Origin: Lingula anatina
Taxonomy: Eukaryota; Animalia; Brachiopoda
Reading direction: 5' to 3'
Length of the DNA stretch: 64,000 nucleotides
Assembly: GCA_051362555.1 (NCBI GenBank)
Contig: CM120645.1
Span: 7,130,001-7,194,000, forward strand
Shown here: in pieces, positions 25,601 to 37,700 of the stretch
Numbering within the stretch: the first letter of the stretch is position 1
Layout of the letters: every line of letters begins with the position of its first letter
The notes under the pieces: model-generated
Told to the model about the DNA's origin: nothing
Databases searched by the model: none
What the model saw: the letters and a program-made list of their open reading frames with translations, nothing else
Program-made: the position numbers and the translations under genes

Positions 25601-27937
25601 CTTAATAAACCGAAAAAAGAACAATTATTTCAACACTTTCCCTCAAAGACACTTCTGACGCTATTCATATCATAAATGTTCTACCCAACCACTAGTGGCA
25701 AAATGTATACTGGTACTATTTTTGTGTTCATTAGATATTTGTTTCTATCCAGTGTCCTTGTTCGATAATTTGATGTCCATATATGATGCCTATATGTTAC
25801 CTACCTGTCTGACCTGTAGACCCCCTTGCTCCTGCAGGACCTGTAGGACCGGTTGCGCCAGAAGGACCAACTGAACCTGGTACACACAAAAAGATAACAC
25901 AAACTGGCAAAAGTTGGACAATTTCACAGAAGCAGGAAAATGGGTGTGTTTAAGAGTTATAACGACGTTTTATCTGCATAACAAAGGAATAAACACATCC
26001 CTTAATTTAAAGATTTTCGATCTTATAATGGTCTAGTGTTTCTTCGGAATGACCTTGACCTCATGTCCACTTTTACCTTGAGTACCGTCACTTCCTCTTG
26101 CTCCAGTGACTCCTGGTTCGCCTTGCTCGCCCTTGGCTCCCTGCGGTCCTGGGCCGCCCGTTGCACCCGGAGCACCAACAGTGCCATTGTAACCCTGACT
26201 TCCTCGTTCACCTAGAGTAACAGAGGACAACAGAAAATGTTTTTACCCTGTCATTTTTTAAAGATAAAATTGCATCGTTTAATGGGTCGAACTGAAAACT
26301 CGATCATAAGACCATTGTCGTCATCATCTCCAAGAAGAGATTAGGAGGAAAAAAAATTAGCACATGTGGAATGAAAAAAAAAAGAAAATGATATTCACTT
26401 ATTCTTGTCTACATAGGTTATGTGCATCGGCCCTTGACAAACGTTTTCCATATTCAAACATGCTACTTAAGTGTTACAGTAAAGACGTTTCCTAATGATG
26501 ACATCGTCGTTCTTGTTTTTAAAACACTACTCCCGTTTGAAATTAAAATTCATAACCTTACCTTTCTGTCCCTGCACACCTTGAATACCAGTATCACCCT
26601 GTGGCCCGGCAACCCCTTGTACACCCTGAATACCTTGGGGTCCCTGGAGACCTTGTTCTCCCTTCTGACCCTGGGCTCCATTTGCTCCCACTTCTCCCTT
26701 AGCTCCCTGGAAACCCTGTATTCCCTGTACCCCGGGTTCTCCCTTAATACCCTGGAATCCCTGCTCTCCTTTTGCCCCGGTCAATCCGTTGTCTCCGGCG
26801 TTGCCCTTATCGCCGGCCACACCCTGGGGACCGGTCAGACCGACACCCTGCTCTCCTTTGTCTCCTTTGACGCCGGCGTTGCCTTGTATTCCTTGCAAGC
26901 CAACTTGTCCCTCTGGTCCTACGTCTCCTTTGTCACCTTAAAGGAAATGTTGAAATTATCTCCACGAAAATCTATATTTATATACATGTACACGTCATGT
27001 TTGCGTTTTTTAAAATGAGAATCCTTATTTTGTAACTACTCATTCTGACAGAAATACAAGTTTTCATTCCAATTATTATTCAAATGCTCAAATTCAAAAA
27101 CATACTGTACGCTACCCAAACGAAACGAATTTTTAACGTAAAATTTTTTAACAGTGACGTGACAAACCACACCTTTTGCTCCTGCTGCGCCAACTTCTCC
27201 TTTCGCGCCATTGGCACCTGTGGGCCCTTGTGGCCCGACAGCGCCGGTGACCCCTGTGGCACCCCCCGGTCCTACGGCACCGACCTCTCCCTTCGCACCA
27301 GTAGCGCCGTCAGCACCTTTGGCACCTTGAGCGCCATTATCTCCCTTTGAACCTGCTGCTCCGGTGGGTCCGGCCACACCTGAAATATTTCAGTTTTGGC
27401 TTCACATTTGTGACGAATCATATTCTTAGCAAAAATAAGAAGCGATTTGTATAGTCGATTCTTTGAAAGCGTTATTCTATGTGCATCTCCTCTTTATCCA
27501 TATAGACTAGTGATGGTCATGCGCAGAATGCAATAGGCCTACTGTTTAACCGGATCACCTAACAACATGCTCATTGTATGATTAACCATCAGTTCAATTG
27601 GCAATTGAATTCTTGTCCGCAAACCGACACATCTGCGTGTTACATGTCATCTATGATACCTGTGACAGTTTCACGTGCGACGAGATCCACCCTGAGCCCT
27701 GCCACATGGTATCTTACCTGTGGCCCCTGTTGGCCCTGCGCTTCCGGCGGCCCCAGCTGCACCTGGCGCACCCACGGCTCCTGCTTCACCTTTGTCTCCT
27801 TTAAACCCTGGCTCTCCCTTCGTCCCCACAGCGCCTACTTCTCCCTTGGTACCTTAATAAGAAAGCACAGATGAGTAGTTACCTTTTTTAATAGTATTAC
27901 TTCCGTTGGCAGCAACCACTTTTGGCAGCAATAACCG

Positions 27938-27973
<36 letters not shown>

Positions 27974-30723
27974 CGTGTGTGCGTGCGTGCGTGCGTGCGT
28001 GTGTGTGTTTGTGTGTTTGTGTTTTTCATTTAGACTTACACTGGTCTAATTTTAGCTTTGGGGCAACTTGCACTGAATTAAATGTCTGCTTATACTTTCT
28101 TACAGAACTATCCTGCACTGCAACCTAAATCCTCGATCGCCATGCAGTTTTACAGCATAGGTACATAGACTTCACACAGCATATTGCATATGTCCCATTA
28201 GTCATTATTTGTCGTAACAGATTTGAACAGAAATTTCTAATAAAACCGGATGTAACAGGTACCTGTTAGTCCTATCGATCCTTGAAGGCCTTGCTCTCCC
28301 TTCTGTCCAGCAGCACCGGTGACACCAGCCCGTCCATCATTACCCTGCAGACCGGGACTTCCTTGTTGACCAACGTCTCCCTTCTCCCCTTTGGCTCCCT
28401 GTATGCCGTTAGCTCCCTGGATACCTTGTACACCAACCTCGCCCTTGGAACCTTTTTGGCCTTGGCTTCCTGTAGGTAGACAGAGATAATGCATTCATTG
28501 TGTATTCATTAAAACCTTCTAGCTATATTACAGAGGCTTTAAACACAGAAATGCTTAGATTAGACGGTGTGTCTATGATAACCACGTGCTTGTATTGGCG
28601 CAAAATACCCAGCATGACATACAGTGCAACTATGGGGGTAGGGAATTGCATGCCCTATATGTCTTTTTCTTCTGTTTCTTGTGTTTTTTATTCGTCTTTT
28701 CTTTAACTACATGTACTCACCAGTGTTCCCTGGTAGTCCCTGGGATCCGGTGGGGCCAGTAGCTCCGTCGGGACCTGCTACACCGGTCTGTCCAACTCCG
28801 GTAGGGCCCTGCGGGCCCATTTGTCCGGTAGGGCCCTGGGTGCCAGGATTACCAACTGAACCTGTAGGGACACAATTTTTTCAAAGTAAGTTTAAAAGCG
28901 ATGGTGTCGATGGTGTCTTGGCCCAGTGCAATTTACACAACAAAAATAGGATTTTTGATGTTTCAGCTGTCTACTATAGTTAAAGTAATCGTGTTGGATC
29001 TTTGCTTCTATAATTGAAAAACCTTTATTTTAGTCTTTCAGAAAACTTACAGAGAATAGATGTCATTGAATACTGTACCTTGAGGGCCCACTAATCCCTG
29101 TTCTCCTTTGTCGCCCTTAGCACCCACTGGTCCTTGGGACCCCACTGGACCAGTTGGACCCATAGCTCCCTGTTGCCCAACCTCTCCCTTCAGTCCTGGG
29201 CCTCCCGCTGGACCCTGTGGCCCTGCTGGTCCTTGCACTCCTTGAATACCTTGTGGTCCTGAAAAGGGCACATTGAGTTACACCTCATTGTTACTAACTC
29301 CATGTTTTATATCGAAATCACCGTATCAGTACACGCCCGTTTGTTTTTTTTCAGACCTTTTGAAACTTTGGATGTTTTCAAATGGTTATTGATGAAAAAA
29401 GAACTATAGCAAAGAATGTCCTGTTTTGAAACCCTTGCATGAGGCATAAACCTGTGAAAATAAATTGTCTTGTCAACGTTTACACTTTGAAAAATGTTCG
29501 ATATAAAAATCAAAAATAATGTTAGATTAAGTGTTCATTTTATTTTTTATGTGCACGACTACCGCTCAGTTTCACTATACATACCTGGATTCCCTTGGGG
29601 ACCCATAGGCCCTGCGCTCCCTGGTGCCCCAGGGTTACCCCTTTCTCCCTGGACACCCTGTGCACCCTGGGGGCCAACCGACCCTGGGGCCCCCACTGGT
29701 CCTCTGATCCCTTGAGGACCCTCAGCGCCTGATGCCATCAATTGAAAAAAAAAATGATAATTAACGTTTTGAAAAAAATAGTAAATCGAGCCTTGGAATA
29801 TATTTGCTGCAGGGAAAAGTCACTTAGAGATACATTCTTTTTATTATTATATCTGTTTAACTTGATGTGTAAAATGAAGGATTGTTTGGAAAGAAATGAA
29901 TAGAAAAATTAATACACAGTGGAACAACATAAAATGGAAGCAATAGTATTTTAAAGTCGAAAAATTTTAAAAGCAGTATTAAATATTGCCAACATAAATT
30001 ATGCAAATATCAGACCATACCCTGTTGTCCGGCTGGTCCCGTGGGTCCAGCTGCCCCGGGGGAGCCTTTAGGCCCTGTAGGTCCACTTACATTGAATACC
30101 AGGGTCCCAGGATTAACTGAAATAATGACAAAATTTACATATGTAGTTATAGTGTAATCATAGTGTCATTATCGACCTCCATGGTGTCACAAGCCTCGAG
30201 ACTTGTTATATTTGTTCCAGACTAACTATTTCATTTACATTCCATTTATAAAGCACCCTAGAGCTGGTAAATATAAGAATGCATCCCATATATTTTGAGG
30301 ATTTATTTGCAAAAAAAAAAAAAAAAATCGTCTCAGATGACACCAGTACGTACCTGGAGCCTCATAACAAATAGCACCTTTCCTGAAGCAAGGGACGTTA
30401 ACTCTTCCTGCTGCGGTACCTGTCTGGATTTGAGATAACGCTGAAATAAAATATATCCATTATTATTATATTTTAATAAATGTGAGGTATTCATTACATT
30501 CATATCAAGGTCTAAAATGTACCTCATCAGTGTGTCATGAATTATTGTAATTTCTATGAGGTTGTTCTCGCTGTACTTGTACTTATAATCTATCTATTGT
30601 CATTATCGTTATTATTATTATTATTAATGTGTGAGACGTAGTGTAGAGAGCCATCAAATTTATCAATTGTGCCATTATGTGCTCAGTAATTGTCATTATT
30701 ACTGTTACTATATATATTATTAC

Positions 30724-30769
<46 letters not shown>

Positions 30770-31977
30770 TTTGGAGAAACTGATTAAGAATGACAACGGT
30801 GTTCATGTGACAGGAGCACGGACTCATCCAGTAGGGAAACACAAGTTTACATAATATGATATGAAAAACGAAGCCATTTTTTTCACAATTTTTTCACATT
30901 TTTTTACGTCGGGTGCAGTGATAGGGTGGCACCCTCTATCAGGGCGACAGATTGATTTTTCACAGATATTCACAGATATGCCTCTAGGTAAATAGACAGT
31001 TTTTCCGTTTTTTCCTTAATAATCTGCCACTCAGGTAGCGGGTAGGGAAATGCTACAGTAAGGAAGAGAGAGTGGTTACATGAACCTCAAACTCCAAAAC
31101 TAGGGTCCACCTTGCCTTTCTCAAACTGGGGTTGTACCCGCAGCGTGGAGCTTAGGAATTAATAATTCCATACGCCCAAGGGTAATGCGATTTCATTTAA
31201 GTGGTTTGAGGTTGCATCACTTTTCGTTCAACAGTAGAATTTATCAATTTAGCGACCGTAGGCCTTTGACCTTTGGTGAAAGGTGACCTCTATACATGTA
31301 TTACGTTACTGCAAGTAAAATATTTATTTAGTCAGTAAATCGCGTATTTGTGCACGCACATTGAAGTAGATCAACTTTTGTCCACCCATATTTGTTAATG
31401 ACTAGTCCATTTTTCACTTCATTGGCCTCATTGGGCATTGGCATAAATAACGCAAATGGTTGTGCTTGCTTCTTAATCAATGGGAGAGATTCCATTCGGG
31501 AAAATTAAACGCTCATTAGAAAACGATCTGGGCGTTGTCCGATATATAGGGAGCGTTAACTAGGTTTCTGTCTTCAGAAATATCCCAACTTTCATGTGAA
31601 ATCTTAAATACAGTGATTATTATGTCACAAGATATTTTTCTAACAAATATTATTTTCATTTGAGCTCTAGCACGATGTTCTGTCGCTGTTTTTCAGAATG
31701 TCATTTTTATTTGACCCTCAGTACGATTATCAACGTATTATTTCGAACCTTTCATTGCACTGGGCGCAACGGCTGTAAGGCGATATAAAGTAAAATGCGT
31801 AAGAAGTTATCACCATTCGATTGAATTGTATACGGACATTGATATCAATCACGAACTGTATGAGGGTCTCATGGGTTGTTTTCTATTAAAAAAGGTGATT
31901 GAGAGATGGGGCAATGTGTGTATTTTATCATTCTCTGGATAAACGATATATACTTGCCCTGTTTTGATGGTTTTGAA

Positions 31978-32015
<38 letters not shown>

Positions 32016-32370
32016 GTTGAAATAATAGAGCTGCCAAAAAACAAATCTAACCAGGCAAAAAAGATGCATTCTCGTTAATGAATTATCAGCAATTTATCTC
32101 CTCTTCGCTTCCTCCTGTTAGCTTTTTAACCGCCTCTTCCCCGCCCATTTCAATCTTGTATATTAATGATCGAGAAACCAATATGATTTTCTTGGACCTC
32201 CCTCTCGCCAGTCCATGATAAGACCTTAAGTGATTTCCAAAGCATTTTCGATTTATATACTGTAATTTAACATTATGTTATGATATTATAAATGTTATAA
32301 GCTTACCTGACTGAAGGAGTGTTGCAATCAATAAGACAGCGGAGGCAGTCGTTGTTGAATATGTAGCCAT
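22624..32370 (-). CDS. Gene G2: type I transmembrane collagen-EGF protein, ~943 aa (~640-aa collagen domain)
   Basis: Exons: 32370-32307 ([21 protein letters not shown]), 30440-30354 (..[11 protein letters not shown]..), 30116-30021, 29728-29585, 29258-29079, 28861-28721, 28469-28263, 27852-27718, 27379-27173, 26936-26562, 26211-26077, 25876-25805, 25534-25463 (GC donor), 25157-24957, 24705-24580, 24046-23948, 23733-23611, 23403-23257, 22844-22624 ([27 protein letters not shown], tail ..AYNFDDIP..). Phase-1 introns; open frame throughout. Confidence 0.9.
24889..24948. repeat. Imperfect (AAG)n microsatellite
   Basis: Direct reading. Confidence 0.85.
27938..28022. repeat. (TC)n(TG/TGCG)n compound microsatellite
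   Basis: Direct reading; paralogous to 47107-47180. Confidence 0.9.
30724..30768. repeat. (AAT)n microsatellite
   Basis: Direct reading. Confidence 0.9.
31979..32017. repeat. (TG)n microsatellite
   Basis: Direct reading. Confidence 0.9.
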
Positions 32371-32771
32371 GTTTGGGGTAGAATACAGGATCTGGGCTCC
32401 TGTGTTCCTCTGGTATTACTAGCTTGGCACCACAAGGCTGAGGTAGAAAATATATACAAATTTACTGAAGATAATAAAACCAGTTATTTGAAGTTAAACA
32501 AAAAAGAAGCACAGGGAATTTTATTTACAATCCTGATAAGTAGAAATGCATAACAAGTGTGTGTATTTTGTATCTGACACAAGTGTAATTTTTTTTAAGT
32601 TTCTGAATTCCATGTTCATTGCAAACGTGCTCTTGTTAAGCTTTAGTCCTTTGTAATTAGCATAACCTTGTAAAAAAACACGATTGCATGCTCGAAAGGT
32701 TTTTGCAAAATTTCTTCCAAAGTTCAAGATTTTATATTTAAGTCGGTAACACATTATTTGACAAACCTCAC

Positions 32772-32922
32772 CTGTTTTCACTACGGCACGTTGTGAAGCT
32801 GAGAGACCGACGCCCATAAAGGCATATGCATACTTGCGTGGTATTGGGTTAGATTGTTATCCTTGTGCTCGACCAAGCAAACAGCCAGGGTAAATACATC
32901 GGCTAACATGAGGCCATTGTGC
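32772..32922 (-). promoter_or_regulatory. Putative G2 promoter and non-coding first exon
   Basis: Conserved with 51501-51657 upstream of G3. Ends in a CAG|GTGAGG donor and contains CCAAT, GTAAATA and CATTGT motifs. Confidence 0.6.
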
Positions 32923-33850
32923 AATAAATGCTTTGTTTGTGTGCTTTTACGGACTCGAGGTGGAGGAATTTTGCGTGGGATTCTTGGACAGTTGCTTGAT
33001 CCTTGTTCCTTTGATCTACTTTTTCGTCTGTTAATTCGCGGAAACACCTTTTTTTTTTTTTGCCAAAATAGTTTTACGGAAAATCGCACGTAAGACACGT
33101 GATCGCCAAACAGAAATTTATTTCCCTCATCATTCCCTAAATTTCTTTCAGTTTGACCACTTATAGTATATAAAGCCTCTGTCACACACACCCTTGCTCT
33201 ATTTGAAACAGAAAACGACGCCCTATTAGTTTTATCTAGCCTAATACATATAGTATATGTTGAATCGTTCATAATTTCCCTTACTATAAAGAATGTGTTA
33301 ACTACCTATTTCGATATATACTTATTATTTAATAAGTTGGATTAACAACAAAAACATATCTTTAAGTGTGAATTGAAAGGGCTTTTCATTTTAGGAAACG
33401 CCCTCATTTTAAGCAAACAACCTACAATATGTCATATTGACCTTCTACACCTGCCCTGGTTGCGGGGGAATGGACATTATATAATTTTCTATAGCAATAT
33501 CGACCACTGCCTAAATACACAATGGAGTTCAATCTAATATTATATGTAGTAAGGACCGAGAGAATATCTTAAGCATATTTGAGTCAAGTGGAAAATTCAG
33601 TGCAAAATATAAAACAATATTAGTATGACTTACGTCGGGGGAAGGGGGGAGGGGGGGGGCAGCGGCGGTGGCGAATGGTCACGTGATTACGGTGCACGGA
33701 CGAGTAGGTCCAGTGTTCGAATCCCTTCTTAAATGTAAAATTACTTATGTAAGGTGTCAGGACTTTTCTGTCAAATTTAAAAGTAAGAATATTTTGCCAT
33801 TTTTTTACCTAAAGGGAAAAAAGAGGAATAAGACCAACTTTAAAAAACAG

Positions 33851-33856
33851 TTTAAT
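33851..33856 (-). terminator. Putative ancestral G3 polyadenylation signal (ATTAAA), displaced by the retrotransposon
   Basis: CAGTTTAATACAATAAGGTAATC aligns with G4 CAGTTTATTACAATATGATAATC. Confidence 0.5.
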
Positions 33857-33971
33857 ACAATAAGGTAATCTCTCTCGACAATGTATCCTCTCCTTGAGTA
33901 AAAAATTAAAATACGTTAAAATGATTAAACTACAACATGAAATATCCTAACTGCAATATTTGGAATAAATT

Positions 33972-34501
33972 TGTTGTAAAGCAAATTACTTACACTTTCA
34001 CTAATTACAGATAGCAATTAAAGCGGAATCAAAAGAGTAAAAAGACAAAGAGTTATTGAGTGTAAGTTAAGTTTCTCCAAGAGTCAACAAGTGTAGAACA
34101 TGTTTTTAGTGTCAGAAAAAGATGGAAAAGGTCAAAGTCAGTAACAGTTAATGTGATTGGTTAATTTCATAACATATAATAATTTTGATCATCTATTTAT
34201 CACATGATAGCTGAGTTTTGGATAAGGTCCAAGCATGAGTAATCCAAATAATATTTTAGATATCTTTAATTGAAAACAAGTTTCTTAGGGATTACCTAAT
34301 AAGGAAATGTTGCATAGTGACTTGCAACATGAGAATGGAAAATATTTGGTAATCACGCAAAGACAATGGAAAAGAAAACAGGTAAATGCGTGATCAGTAC
34401 GGAGAAATTGAGTATAAATATTTGTGAAGTTGTATGAAGCGAGAGTCGGTGAATAAACGTTCGAAAGCTCCAAACTGCTGTCGTCATTTCTCATTATAAC
34501 A
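33972..34501 (+). repeat. 5' LTR (530 bp)
   Basis: Direct repeat of 42286-42815; TATAAATA at 34413 and AATAAA at 34452. Confidence 0.97.
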
Positions 34502-34503
34502 AG

Positions 34504-34534
34504 TGGTGGAGGAAAAATCGATCCCCGCTCTACC
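34504..34534 (+). promoter_or_regulatory. Primer binding site, probably tRNA-Ala
   Basis: TGGTGGAG begins 2 nt after the 5' LTR and is complementary to the ...CUCCACCA 3' end typical of tRNA-Ala. It is followed by ATCGATCCCCGCT. Confidence 0.7.
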
Positions 34535-34722
34535 GAGGCAAGCGGAACGGCGATACAGTTATGGTGATAACGGCAGCAGGAGCGTAGACACCGAAGGGTT
34601 CACACCATCCACCCAAGGGCAAACATCGTCAGTGCCCCAGTGCAGCGAAAACTGAGTATGCTGGGTATTGAAAATCGCCAAAAGTCATTACCCAAGCAAC
34701 AATTATTAACTGAAAAGAAAAA

Positions 34723-37700
34723 ATGAAGATGTTGTCAGATTTGACTTTAGCGCCAGAAAAGTTTACTGGTAACGCTAACGAAGACGTAGAAAGGTGGTTA
34801 AATCAATTCGAAAACTATGCGCAGTATGAAAAACTAGAAGATGAACAAATCACCGCCTTATTTCCTCTCTTACTGAATCCAACAGTGTTAAACTGGTACG
34901 ATTGTTTAACAGTGGAAGTACAAAAAGACTGGAAATCGCTAGTCCGCGAGTTCCGACAGCGATATAAACTGAAATCCGGAGAAACTTGGGAGAAAGCCTC
35001 AGAATTTTTCAAGCGTCATCAACTTCCAGAAGAACCAGTACAGAGTTACATTGAGTCGATGCGTCGCGACGCCAAACGTGCGCGTTTAGATGAGGGGACG
35101 GCATTTACAGTGGTAATGAATGGGTTACTCCCCGAAATCCGCCCATTTGTATTGCAGAGGGAGCCCACAGACTTTGATTCTCTTATGCACCACGCGCGCA
35201 TTGCAGAAAACGCAGTTCAGCCGACGAGAAGAGGTCAACGAAATGACATAAAAATGATAACAGAGAAAATAGACACTCTTCAGAGTTCAATTAAGGACAC
35301 CGCCAATGCGCAGTCTGCAATCCATATATTGCAAGAACCAAGCGAAACCAGAAATGAAACAAACTTTTCACCTACGACAGCAAGCCCATTCGCGTCTCCA
35401 GGAAAATTCACTCCCAACACCATAGGTCCCAGAAGTATGCCACAACGCGGCAGGTATCTGCGACGCTCAGAGTACAAATTAACATCAGCTAGACATACGA
35501 ACTATCCTCAACAACGAAATCCAATAAGAAAATGGTCGATGTGTCAGGGATGTGGTGAGTACACACATTTTAGAACTAATTGTTTTGCTCGCAATTTTAA
35601 TTGTAATTGTTGTGGTAAAATAGGACACATAGCAAAAGTCTGTCATTCTGCACGTGTAAACAAACGGCTAAGAAAAAGAAAAAGGTTTTATAATAAGATT
35701 GAAGATAGAAAAGTGCCAATTTCTATTATTTCCGATTACCAAGCTAATAATCTAGTATCAATCCAAATCGACAAACAACATGTCAATGCTTTGGTTGACA
35801 CAGGTGCCGTCATATCTTGTGTATCAGAATCTCTTTTATCAAAATTAGGAAAAAAGGATCGAAATTCATACGAAAAACCGTCATTAAAAGAAGTTTCAGT
35901 TGTTGATGGTTCTGTGGTTAAAGTTCTGGGAAAGGTAGAGTTACCTCTTTGCTTTGAAGGTGTGATCATAAAGCATAAAGTCCACGTATTTAGTCAATTG
36001 CCAAGAGGTTTGATATTAGGCACAGATTTCTTAAGAAAACACAATGTGAAAATTGATTTATCGTCTGATAGCATGACACTGCCTGATTATGATTTGCTCT
36101 TACCCTTGTATAGTCCATCTGTATTAGGTTTAGTACGTAACTTTAAATCCGAATTTATTCCACCAAGAAGTGAATGTTTGATTCCAGTCAAAATATCACA
36201 TTCCTCATCTGTCTCCGTGGCTTTATTAGAACCAGTACGAAATCTTGAGTCCAAGAAAAAACTTATCGGAGCAAAATGTTTGGTTCCTATTGATAAAAAC
36301 AATTCTGCTTACAGAATAATGAACCCTAGCGATGAAAGTATTTTCATCCCCAAAAGAACGATATTAGCTATTGCGAGTTCAGTGAGTCTGACTAGCGTCA
36401 GTGTTTTGAATGAAATGTCAAAAGGAACCTTAACGCAAAAAAGTGATAGATTATCGGATCAAGAAGCATTGCGGAATGCAGACGAATTAAATATAAACTT
36501 TGCCGATTCAGACATGAGTGAAGATCAGAAATTACAGTTGAAAATGTTGTTAGGCCGTAATCGCGATGTTTTTGCTACCAATCTTTCAGAATTAGGTTCA
36601 GCAAATATGTATCAGCATAGAATTGACACAATAAATGATGTTCCTGTGAAACAAACATTTTATCGTGCGTCACCAAAGCAAAAAAATGAAATTGTCAAGC
36701 AGGTAGACGAAATGTTACAACACGGAATAATCGAAGAAAGCATGAGCGAGTATAGTAGTCCAGTAGTACTTGTAAAAAAGAAAAACGGAGAATACAGATT
36801 CGCAATTGATTACCGGAAGTTGAACAAAGTTACAAAACCTATGCACTGGCCACTCCCACGTTTAGAAGATATTTTTGAAACGATAGGTACGTCAGGTGCT
36901 AAATATTTCTCTAGTTTAGATATGGCAGGTGCATACTGGCAATTACCTCTTGACCCTGAAACTAAACACAAGACTGCTTTCATCACGCACCATGGTCACT
37001 TCCAATTCTTACGTTTAGCGTATGGCCTTCGTAACGCCGGTGTTAGTTTCCAGGCATTAATGAGTCACATTTTTAGGGACATGAACTGGAAAACAATACT
37101 TATATACATTGATGACATTTTGGTCATGAGTAAAACGTTTGACGAGCACTTAAAACATTTAAATCAAGTATTCCAAAAACTAAGATCTGCAAATCTCAGA
37201 CTTAAGCCATCAAAATGTAAGTTTGCAACACCGAAAGCTAAATATTTAGGTCATGTAATAGATAAAAATGGAATAAGACCCGATGAGAAAAATCTTGAAG
37301 CCATAAAATCGTTTCCAACACCAAAAGTTGTAAAAGATGTAAGAAGTTTTCTAGGATTGTGTAACTTCTACAGAAAATTTATAAAAGGTTTCAGCAAAAT
37401 AGCAGATCCCTTAAATAAACTTTTAAGGAAAGACGTACAATTCCTATGGAGTCCTGAATGTGAAGCGTCATTTCAAACACTAAAAGAAGCGTTAATGTCA
37501 CCACCAATACTGGCTTATCCAGATATGTCACGCGAGTTTACACTAACGACAGACGCATCTACGATAGCTATAGGTTATATTTTAGGTCAAAAGAATGACA
37601 ACAACCACGATAGAGTTATTGCGTATGGAGGGAGATCTTTGAACAACGCGGAAAAGAATTACACCATTCACGAATTAGAATGTTTAGCAGTTATTGAAGG

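Noticed and set aside
27835-28128. ORFs with THTHT / ERERE / CVCV runs (also 31849-32069, 47050-47235)
   Set aside because: Translations of microsatellites.
32781-33272. 163-aa ORF upstream of G2, partly similar to ORF 51405-51659
   Set aside because: The similarity comes from the conserved promoter block and includes indels; no recognisable domain.
34285-34494. Duplicated 69-aa minus-strand ORF (also 42599-42808)
   Set aside because: Lies within the LTRs, so the duplication is explained by the LTR repeat; no protein features.
34658-34726. 22-codon uORF overlapping the gag start (ATGA)
   Set aside because: Could be chance in A-rich sequence; no support without other copies of the family.
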